A stretch of DNA of 64,000 bases from positions 43,444-107,443 of the forward strand of contig CAWDKY010000032.1 in the NCBI GenBank assembly GCA_963802945.1. The letters run 5' to 3'. The notes below the pieces were generated by a model. The model made no database searches, was not told the origin of the DNA, and saw only the letters and a program-made list of their open reading frames with translations. Position numbers and translations under genes: made by a program. Source of the DNA: an uncultured delta proteobacterium (GTDB lineage Bacteria > Desulfobacterota > RBG-13-43-22). Of the stretch, positions 56,820-64,000 are shown one piece after another. How positions within the stretch are numbered: position 1 is the stretch's first letter; each line of letters starts with the position of its first letter.

Positions 56820-56953
56820 CTTTGGCTAAAAGCAGAAGTCTGTTTTAGACCTGTGTCGGTCCTTGAACCTCCTGCACCTGCGGGCCTGCAGGCGCAGGCC
56901 TTGAACCTTGAACCTTTTGTTTCTCGTCCCTCGTCCCTCATCCCTCTTGCCTT

Positions 56954-58219
56954 CTAACTCCTCACCTGCCCCTGACCAAAGACAATAAATTTCGTGGTCG
57001 TCAATTCATTTAAACCCATAGGACCGAAGGCGTGCAGTTTGGAAGTGCTGATTCCGATTTCCGCCCCAAGACCCAACTGAAACCCGTCATTGAAACGGGT
57101 GGAGGCATTGACCAAAACCACCGAAGAATCCACCGATTTTAAAAACTCCCGGGCCCGGTCATAATCCTGAGTAACAATGGCCTCCGTATGTTTGGAACTG
57201 TATTTATTGATATGGGCTATGGCCTCTTTCAGATTAGACACTATCCGGACAGCCAGGATCAGGTCCAGATATTCTTCGTACCAGTCTTCTTCTGTGGCTT
57301 CCCGAATCCCTTTTCCTTTTCCAATGATCTTAAGGGTGGCGGGACAGCCTCGTATCTCAACCCCTTCTTTGCGGAATCGTTGTACCATGCCGGGCAGGAA
57401 TGCCTTGGCTATGTCCTTATGGACCAGGAGGGTTTCCATGGCATTACAGACCCCCGGACGCTGAACCTTGGCGTTGAGGCAAATCTGATAGGCCATAGAA
57501 ATATCCGCCCCTTGATCGACAAAAACATGACAAACCCCTTTATAGTGCTTCAGGACCGGCATACGGGCCTGGGCCGTCACCATGCGGATCAGTCCCTCCC
57601 CGCCCCTGGGGATAACCAGGTCGATGTATTCTTCCAATTTCAACAATTCGGCCGTGGCCTCCCGGTCCGTAGTCGGTATGATCTGAATTGCCCCTTTGGG
57701 TATTCCTTCCTGAATCAGGCAGTCTTGAAGTATTTTGGTCAAGATCAAGTTAGACCGGATGGCCTCGCTACCGCCTTTCAAGATGATGGCGTTGCCGGAT
57801 TTCAGGCAAAGTCCGGCCGCATCCACGGTCACATTGGGACGGGATTCATAGATGAAACCGATCACCCCCAGAGGGATACGCATGCGTCCTACCTGCAAGC
57901 CGTTGGGACGAAGCCACATTCCGGTAACCTCTCCCACCGGATCAGGCAACAGGGCGACTTCCTGAAGGCCCTGAGCTATTTCCTTTAAAATCACTTCAGT
58001 CAGTTTGAGGCGATCGAGAAAGGCATTGGGATGACCTGCTTTGGCGGCCTCTTCCAGGTCTTTTTTATTTTCTTTAAGGATAACCCTGGATTGTTTTATC
58101 AGGGCTTGGGCCATCCGTTCCAAGGTCTGGTTCTTTTGTTTGGAATTAAGTTCGGCCAAAGCTGGACAGGCCTCTTTGGCGTTTTTAGCTATTTGAAGAA
58201 TTTGTTTTTTAAGTTCCAT
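56954..58219 (-). CDS. proA: glutamate-5-semialdehyde dehydrogenase
   Basis: ATG 58219 follows TAGGAGA. ProA-typical motifs are [13 protein letters not shown] and [22 protein letters not shown]. Confidence 0.95.
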   Translation of the reverse strand: MELKKQILQIAKNAKEACPALAELNSKQKNQTLERMAQALIKQSRVILKENKKDLEEAAKAGHPNAFLDRLKLTEVILKEIAQGLQEVALLPDPVGEVTGMWLRPNGLQVGRMRIPLGVIGFIYESRPNVTVDAAGLCLKSGNAIILKGGSEAIRSNLILTKILQDCLIQEGIPKGAIQIIPTTDREATAELLKLEEYIDLVIPRGGEGLIRMVTAQARMPVLKHYKGVCHVFVDQGADISMAYQICLNAKVQRPGVCNAMETLLVHKDIAKAFLPGMVQRFRKEGVEIRGCPATLKIIGKGKGIREATEEDWYEEYLDLILAVRIVSNLKEAIAHINKYSSKHTEAIVTQDYDRAREFLKSVDSSVVLVNASTRFNDGFQLGLGAEIGISTSKLHAFGPMGLNELTTTKFIVFGQGQVRS

Positions 58220-58296
58220 GAACAATCTCCTAAAGATAATACGTTGTTCTTTTCCGTTGAAAAGGATCAGTCGACGAACGCTCAACGCCGAACGAT

Positions 58297-59434
58297 TTAC
58301 CCTTCCGCCTTGGTTATGACCATATTGTCCCGGTGTATCACTTCATCCGAATGTTTGAATTCCAGTCGTCTTTCAATTTCCGAGGTCTTCAGTCCACGGA
58401 TTTTCATTATATCTGAAGACGAATAATTAACCAGTCCTTTTCCAACAACTCGATCTGTTTGATCCACAAGGCTGACACAGGCTCCGATCCCAAAACGCCC
58501 GCGCACTTCAACCACTCCTGAAGGCAGCAGACTTTTCCCCTTTTCCGTCACAGCCTTTTTAGCCCCTTCATCCACGACAATTTCCCCTTTGGGTTTAAGG
58601 GTAAAAGCGATCCAGTGTTTCTTCCGACTTAAGAGCGGTTTTTGGGGTAGGAAAAAGGTACCCAGGGGTTTCCCTTTGATGATCTCTTGTAGAACACCCG
58701 GCTTCCTTCCATTGGCGACAATGACCGGAATACCGCCGGCTGTGACCTTTCGAGCGGCCATTATCTTGGAGCGCATCCCGCCCAAACCCCACTGCTCCTG
58801 AATATTTCGAGGTATATTCGACGACCTTTCCATCGACATGTTCAACCACGGGAATTAAGCGGGCCTTGGGGTCTTCCCGAGGATCCCGATCATAAAGTCC
58901 TTCCGTATCGGTCAGAACGATTAACAGATCGCTTTCGATCAGATGAGCGATCAAGGCCGAAAGGTTGTCATTGTCGCCGAATTTAATTTCATCCACAGCC
59001 ACCGTGTCGTTTTCGTTGATAATCGGGATGATTCCCCATTCTAAAAGGGTGATCAAGGTATTTCTGGCGTTCAGATACCGTTGACGATTGGTTAGGTCTT
59101 CACGGGTCAAAAGGATCTGGGCCACCAACAACTGATGGGTATTAAAGGCCTCTTCATAAGCATACATCAAGCTTCCCTGGCCGACCGCCGCCACGGCTTG
59201 TTTCTGAGGAATGGTAACCGGTTTCCGGCTCAGACCCATCTTGCCTACACCCGAAGCAATGGCCCCTGAACTGACGATAGCCGTTTGATACCCTTTCTTT
59301 CTCAAAAAGGCGATATCATCGGCCAAACGGGCAATGGCCGGACGATGCAATACCCCGTTATCGGTCAGGACTGCGCTGCCGATTTTGATTACGATCTTTT
59401 TAATCCCTTTAATGAGGGCTTTTCGTTGTTCCAT
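58297..59434 (-). pseudogene. proB: glutamate 5-kinase, one frameshift as sequenced
   Basis: The N-terminal part (59434 downward, VIKIGSAVLT, NENDTVAVDEIKFGDND) and the C-terminal part (GLGGMRSKI..., PUA domain) join if one T is removed from GGGGTTTGGG near 58783-58792. Confidence 0.9.
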
Positions 59435-60457
59435 CAATCCGGTCCAATTCTCCAGAGTCTCTTGGTCGCAACAGTCGAAAAAAGGTGATCTATTAAAAAG
59501 GGAATACCTTCTCCGGTTTTGGCCGATATGGGAATCACATCCTGTTTGAGCTTTTTAAAAGCCCTTTGGATCCTTTTGAAATTGGCTTGCGATGGAGGTA
59601 AGTCCATCTTATTGACCACCACCAGTCGAGTTTTATCCAAAAGGGTCGTGATTATAGGCCTCCATTTCCTTTACCAGGGTCTGATAGGAAAAAAAGGTTC
59701 TTTCCCTGGTAAGGAGCCGTCAATCAAAAACACTAGAACTTCAGTCCGATCAATGTGCTTGAGGAATTTGAGTCCCAGCCCGGCCCCCTCGCTTGCACCG
59801 GCAATAATCCCAGGAATATCGGCTATAGTCAAGCGCTGTCCTTGATTATTTTCAAGAATCCCAAGGTTGGGTGCAAGGGTGGTAAAAGGATAGTCGGAAA
59901 TTTTGGGTTTGGCGTGCTGAAAGCCTGGAAAGCAGGGTAGATTTCCCGGCATTGGGCAGGCCCACCAGTCCTATCTGGGCCAATACTTTCAACTCCAGTA
60001 ACAGCCAGGCCTCGATGCCCGGCTCTCCTCTTTGGGCGAATCTCGGGGTCCGATGAGTGGCCGTGGCAAAGTGCTTATTCCCCTTGCCCCCTCTCCCACC
60101 CCGGGCAACGACTAAGGTCTGACCTTCTCTGGTTAAATCCGCTAAGACTTCCCCTGTTTCCAGCTCCCGAACCAGGGTCCCCAAGGGAACGATGAGTCGA
60201 ATGTCCTGGCCTTTTCTGCCGTCTCGATCATTACCCTGACCGTGGGCCCCTTTGGGGGCCTTAAAATGCTGATGAAAATGATAATCCTGTAAGGTCTGAC
60301 ACTGAGAGGTGGCGGTAATCAGGACGTCCCCGCCCTTGCCCCCATCGCCGCCGTCCGGACCTCCCCGGGGTTTAAATTTCTCCCGTCGGAAGCTTAGGCA
60401 CCCATTGCCCCCGTCTCCGGATCGAACAAAAATTTTGGCTTCGTCAAAGAATTTCAA
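59434..60457 (-). pseudogene. obg: GTPase Obg/CgtA, three frameshifts as sequenced
   Basis: Obg fold ([19 protein letters not shown]), G1 GLPNAGKST, then [13 protein letters not shown] in another frame (slip near 59930). Two compensating slips lie in T runs near 59690 and 59655, around [19 protein letters not shown] is in the last piece. Confidence 0.9.
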
Positions 60458-60653
60458 AGATAGCTGGAAGGAAACTGTGATGGGTTACGGTTTAATAAAT
60501 CCTCATCCGAAGAAAATGAATTCGGATGAGTGCGGTCACTTATCTGCTTTCAGCTATCAGCAAAGACCGTTAGCAGCAATGGGTTGGCTAAATCCAGATC
60601 GCTGACTGCTGGAAGCTCCATCTGGAAATCTTTGATTTCCGGATGGGCACTAA

Positions 60654-60902
60654 TTAATAGACGCTGATCCTTTTTCGGTCTTTTCCCCAGCGCTCGAAGG
60701 TCACCACCCCATCTATTTTGGCAAAGATGGTAAAATCCTTTCCCAATCCCACGTTTTCACCGGGATGAAACTGGGTGCCGACCTGCCGGACCAGGATATT
60801 TCCGGCCTTAACCTTCTGGCCGCCATATCGCTTGATTCCAAATCGTTGTCCTTCGCTATCTCGGCCGTTTCTTGAACTGCCGCCGGCTTTTTTATGTGCC
60901 AT
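60654..60902 (-). CDS. rpmA: 50S ribosomal protein L27
   Basis: [17 protein letters not shown]-terminus. Size is 82 aa. Confidence 0.97.
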   Translation of the reverse strand: MAHKKAGGSSRNGRDSEGQRFGIKRYGGQKVKAGNILVRQVGTQFHPGENVGLGKDFTIFAKIDGVVTFERWGKDRKRISVY

Positions 60903-60912
60903 AACAACCCCT

Positions 60913-61227
60913 CTAAACCCCTTGGATTTCTGTTATTTTAAACTGGGTATAAGGCTGCCGGTGTCCGACCATTTTCTTATACCCTTTTCTTCTCTTATGT
61001 TTAAAAATCAATATCTTCCGGTCACGGCCCTGATGGAGGATCTCCCCGACCACCGAAACCCCATCCAAATAGGGTTTGCCCACCAGAATCTCCTGCTCCC
61101 GGGCGACAAATAGGACATTGGGTATGGATACCGTTGTCCCTTTTTCGCCCTCTAAGGTTTCGATCCGAATCACGTCTCCGGGGGCTACCTGATACTGTTT
61201 TCCCCCGGTCTGAATAATGGCATACAT
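60913..61227 (-). CDS. rplU: 50S ribosomal protein L21
   Basis: The [12 protein letters not shown] start is at ATG 61227, after GAGGGA. Confidence 0.95.
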   Translation of the reverse strand: MYAIIQTGGKQYQVAPGDVIRIETLEGEKGTTVSIPNVLFVAREQEILVGKPYLDGVSVVGEILHQGRDRKILIFKHKRRKGYKKMVGHRQPYTQFKITEIQGV

Positions 61228-61507
61228 GGCTGTTCCCTCACAAAAATTTATAAATAAAAAGTTTAACATTTAGTAAACTTTTTGTCAAACATAAAAATAA
61301 TTTACTTTTAGAAGTCATTTTTAATTGAACGCGGATTAAAAAAGAAACTCCCAGAACCTTGGACTTATTGATTATCTTGTAATTTTAAGCTTTTATTCAA
61401 CATACTGGAGTGGTATACTGTCAGATAAGATTGGAAAAAACGAACTTCGTATATTAAATTGTTGGAGCATTTAAAGGATGATGGATTCGTAAAAAGTCAT
61501 CAAATGA

Positions 61508-61666
61508 GACGGCACAGTAAAAAGCTCCGGATACAAGGCGCACAAATCCTGAGGAATGAGGCATACAAAGAAGTACGCCGCAATAAGCTTGCCCCGCTGA
61601 AAAGCGGGGAAGGGTGCAGAGCAATCCCGCGAAACGCGGGACTGATGGACTTTTTACGAGGCCGTC
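61508..61666 (+). repeat. structured MITE-like intergenic element, copy C (159 nt, opposite genomic orientation to A and B)
   Basis: Terminal inverted repeats GACGGCACAGTAAAAAGCTCC (61508-61528) and GGACTTTTTACGAGGCCGTC (61647-61666). Internal hairpins are CCCCGC-N6-GCGGGG and TCCCGCG-AAA-CGCGGGA. The core TATTGCGGCGTAC is shared (as reverse complement) with A and B. An extra half-site lies at 61485-61502. Confidence 0.65.
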
Positions 61667-61678
61667 AAGGATGAGACC

Positions 61679-62125
61679 ATGGAATATCATGAAATACTAA
61701 AACGACTTGCACCATGCGGTCTGAGTTGCGCTAAATGTATGGCCTTTATTGATGGAGACATAAAAAAGAACGCCAATGAGCTGAAAAGATTGCTGGGAGC
61801 TTTTGACAGCTACGCTGATCGATTTTCTCGTTTCAATCCGGTTTTCGAAAACTACCCTTCCTTCAAGAAGTTGTTAGAGCATTTCGGGCAAGGCGGTTGT
61901 AAAGGTTGTCGTAATGGGGATTGTGTATATCCGAACTGCGGTGTGGTTGCCTGTTATAAACAGAAAGGAATCGATTTCTGTTTTCAATGCGATGAATTCC
62001 CCTGTGAAAAAACTAATTTTGATCTAAATCTCAAAGAGAGATGGATTAAAATGAATAATTTGATGAAGCAAAAAGGCGTCGAGGCCTACTTTGAGGAGAC
62101 GAAAGATTCGCCCCGATATATTTAG
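61679..62125 (+). CDS. DUF3795-type cysteine-rich protein
   Basis: Cys pattern CGLSCAKC...CKGCRNGDC..PNC....C.......FCFQCDEFPC. Size is 148 aa. Confidence 0.8.
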   Translation: MEYHEILKRLAPCGLSCAKCMAFIDGDIKKNANELKRLLGAFDSYADRFSRFNPVFENYPSFKKLLEHFGQGGCKGCRNGDCVYPNCGVVACYKQKGIDFCFQCDEFPCEKTNFDLNLKERWIKMNNLMKQKGVEAYFEETKDSPRYI

Positions 62126-62202
62126 CTTCTTCGATTATAGAAGGCTTTGATCCAGTTGATTGGCCTTAGAGGAATCTATACAAATAATTTAGGAGGCGGG
62201 AC

Positions 62203-62283
62203 ATGAAACGTTTATCGTCAGTATTGCGGCCTGGAAGACCATCCATTTTTTTAATAATGATTGGATTGTCGTTGCCTACATGA
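62203..62283 (+). CDS. possible 26-aa small hydrophobic peptide
   Basis: ATG 62203 lies 6 nt after AGGAGG. The peptide is MKRLSSVLRPGRPSIFLIMIGLSLPT. There is no homology evidence. Confidence 0.3.
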   Translation: MKRLSSVLRPGRPSIFLIMIGLSLPT

Positions 62284-62333
62284 AAATGAAGTAAAGTAGG
62301 TGGAAGTTCGTATATTAATTATTATGTGTCTTA

Positions 62334-63146
62334 ATGATGAATATGAAGGAGATTGAGGAAATTATGGATGAATTAATAGAAGTGAGACAGCACGAGAATA
62401 TTGTTGAAGTTGCTTTGAATCGGCCCAAAGCATTTAACGCCTTCAATCTTGAAATGATTTCGGAGCTGGCAAATATTTTAATGAGGCTATCTACGGAGAG
62501 TTCTGTGAAAGGTATTGCCCTTACAGGAAAAGGAAGGGCCTTTTGTGCCGGTGGAGATCTTAAATGGGCTGTTCATTTTTCTGAGAAGCCCGGTTCTTCG
62601 TTCCACAGGTTAGCGTCACAATTACATCAATCTGTTGTTGAAATCCGGAGAATGAATAAACCTGTTGTAGCCGCCATTAATGGTCCGGCAGCTGGAGCAG
62701 GTTTTGCCTTAGCCTTAGCCTGCGACTTTCGTGTCATGGAAGAATCGGCAGTTCTCACACAGGCCTACACCTCAAATGGTCTTAGCATGGATGGAGGTGG
62801 TAGCTTTATGTTGCCGAGAGTTGTTGGATTTGCCCGTGCTTTAGAAATTGCCGCATTTGACAAACCTATATCGGCGAAACAGGCGATGGACTGGGGATTG
62901 GCAACCAAGGTAGTTGAAGATGGGACGGCTCTGAAAGTGGCCATCGATATGTTGAATGAATTAGCAAAGGTTTCACTTCATTCTTTTGGCTGGTCGAAAA
63001 AATTGCTTAATGAATCTTTCAGCAATTCATTCGAATCACATATAGAATTAGAAAGAGAAGGACTTTCTGACTGTGCAAACCATCCTGATGGGAAGGAAGG
63101 ACTGAACGCTTTCATTGAAAAGCGAAAACCTGTCTTTAACCGTTAA
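62334..63146 (+). CDS. enoyl-CoA hydratase/isomerase family protein
   Basis: ALNRPKAFNAF, FCAGGDLK and AAINGPAAGAGFALALACD crotonase motifs. Confidence 0.9.
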   Translation: MMNMKEIEEIMDELIEVRQHENIVEVALNRPKAFNAFNLEMISELANILMRLSTESSVKGIALTGKGRAFCAGGDLKWAVHFSEKPGSSFHRLASQLHQSVVEIRRMNKPVVAAINGPAAGAGFALALACDFRVMEESAVLTQAYTSNGLSMDGGGSFMLPRVVGFARALEIAAFDKPISAKQAMDWGLATKVVEDGTALKVAIDMLNELAKVSLHSFGWSKKLLNESFSNSFESHIELEREGLSDCANHPDGKEGLNAFIEKRKPVFNR

Positions 63147-63293
63147 AAAGTTTATCGGAAATATACACATAATCGGTCGCTGACCCAGGACGCATAGACT
63201 TGGATCAGCCCTTTTGTCTTGATATCTTACTGATACCATAATAAAGGTCCTGGCCCTTTTTACATTCAACAATCATTCTCCATGGAGGGTTTT

Positions 63294-63599
63294 ATGGAAT
63301 GGTATTATTATCTCGCTGGCTTCTTCGCTGGTTTGTTTTTAACCAATGCTATTCCACATTTCGTGCATGGTATATCCGGTAATCGTTTTCCGACCCCCTT
63401 CGCAAAGCCACCGGGCAAAGGATTATCATCTCCAACAGTAAATGTTTTGTGGGCTCTTGCTAATCTCATTATCGGGTACATCCTCTTTAGAGTGGGTATG
63501 GTCTCTCAAACAAATATATGGACCCTTGTCACGTTTTTTGCCGGTGTCGCTTTCGCCAGTATAGTGTTAAGCCTTACATTCATTAATAAGGAGCATTAG
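63294..63599 (+). CDS. small integral membrane protein (three predicted helices)
   Basis: ORF 63282-63599. ATG 63294 follows GGAGGG. The profile is hydrophobic and no family was recognised. Confidence 0.55.
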   Translation: MEWYYYLAGFFAGLFLTNAIPHFVHGISGNRFPTPFAKPPGKGLSSPTVNVLWALANLIIGYILFRVGMVSQTNIWTLVTFFAGVAFASIVLSLTFINKEH

Positions 63600-63805
63600 G
63601 AACTCAAGCTAATTAAGGCTTGTAACATAAACCCTGTAAGTGAGAAACACTGTTGGGTAGAATAAGGGTAGGCCTGTTGTCTTGATTTTTTACTAACACC
63701 ATAATAAAAGACCCTATTTTCTGTGCTCGGTCGGACGAAGAACACACTCGTAAAGACTATTCGTCATTAGGGGAGGCACCCTATAAGGGAGCACGGAGGT
63801 GCACC

Positions 63806-64000
63806 ATGACATCATGGGAGGAAACACCGCTTGGTAGGCTTACAAGCCATATGCATAACCTTTTTGAAGAATACTTTAAGAAGCATCCCCAAAGAGACCA
63901 CAGTCAGGACAATGCTCTCCTCGAGGTCCGCAATCTTGTTCTTCAATCTGTTGAAATTTTTCTTAAAGAGTCCAGCATTCATAAGCAGTATGGCGTGCCG
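63806..64000 (+). CDS. hypothetical protein, 5' part only (runs off the window)
   Basis: ATG 63806 follows GGAGGTG. The frame stays open to the window end (MTSWEETPLGRLTSHMHNLFEEYFKKH...). It is not in the ORF track because it is open-ended. Confidence 0.4.
   Translation, partial: MTSWEETPLGRLTSHMHNLFEEYFKKHPQRDHSQDNALLEVRNLVLQSVEIFLKESSIHKQYGVP

Noticed and set aside
56759-56941. 61-codon N-terminal extension of nadD in the ORF track
   Set aside because: It is encoded by heptamer simple repeats and palindromes. The conserved NadD N-terminus (MRLGLFGGAFNPIH) starts at ATG 56758.
57188-57988. 266-aa plus-strand ORF
   Set aside because: It is antisense to proA, which is unambiguous.

Overview
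This 64-kb chromosomal window has gene content and repeats that suggest an anaerobic deltaproteobacterium-like organism (Desulfobacterota); that assignment is inference only. All product names come from motif recognition in the supplied translations, with no database search.

Contents: about 60 protein genes, one tRNA-Phe and one intact IS30-family element. I found no rRNA gene and no CRISPR array.

Gene order:
- 0.3-9.6 kb: PP-loop ATPase, vapBC, a roughly 1000-aa multi-PAS HD-GYP protein, glutaminyl cyclase, rubrerythrin, metallophosphoesterase, arfB, acetolactate decarboxylase.
- 10.2-13.5 kb: substrate-binding protein, lipoprotein, PNPOx-family protein, cupin.
- 13.7-20.6 kb: one long minus-strand operon with two paralogous FAD oxidoreductases, an alpha/beta hydrolase, an AmpG-family MFS and an ABC-2 exporter.
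- 20.6-25.6 kb: an accessory-looking stretch with two HTH proteins, a BtrH_N/DUF4872 cysteine transferase/peptidase-like gene, an orphan ParA and two non-coding gaps.
- 25.6-28.9 kb: larB, prmA, rsmE, tRNA-Phe.
- 29.5-38.3 kb: a liv-type ABC importer interleaved with two AMP-ligases.
- 38.7-45.8 kb: an orphan ACP, IS30, an MBL hydrolase, and an operon of acyl-CoA ligase, a catalytically dead KS-like protein and a KS.
- 46-63.6 kb: ABC-F, yajD, GNAT-GT4-SDR-M28-M48, gpmI, rsfS, nadD, proA, proB, obg, rpmA, rplU, DUF3795, enoyl-CoA hydratase.

Main hunt results:
1. A reused promoter-plus-palindromic-leader cassette heads the FAD-oxidoreductase, HTH/BtrH-like, ACP and KS/KS-like/ligase transcription units. 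This suggests a dispersed, co-regulated ACP-dependent acyl pathway.
2. A family of structured MITE-like intergenic elements has covarying terminal inverted repeats. They abut or supply the ribosome-binding site or start codon of downstream genes.
3. Heptamer-periodic simple repeats sit at gene junctions.
4. Four exactly in-register 381-nt PAS modules lie inside the HD-GYP gene.
5. The M28 peptidase gene carries an in-frame TGA.
6. Frameshifts are unusually dense and hit even obg and proB, so assembly error is the most likely cause.
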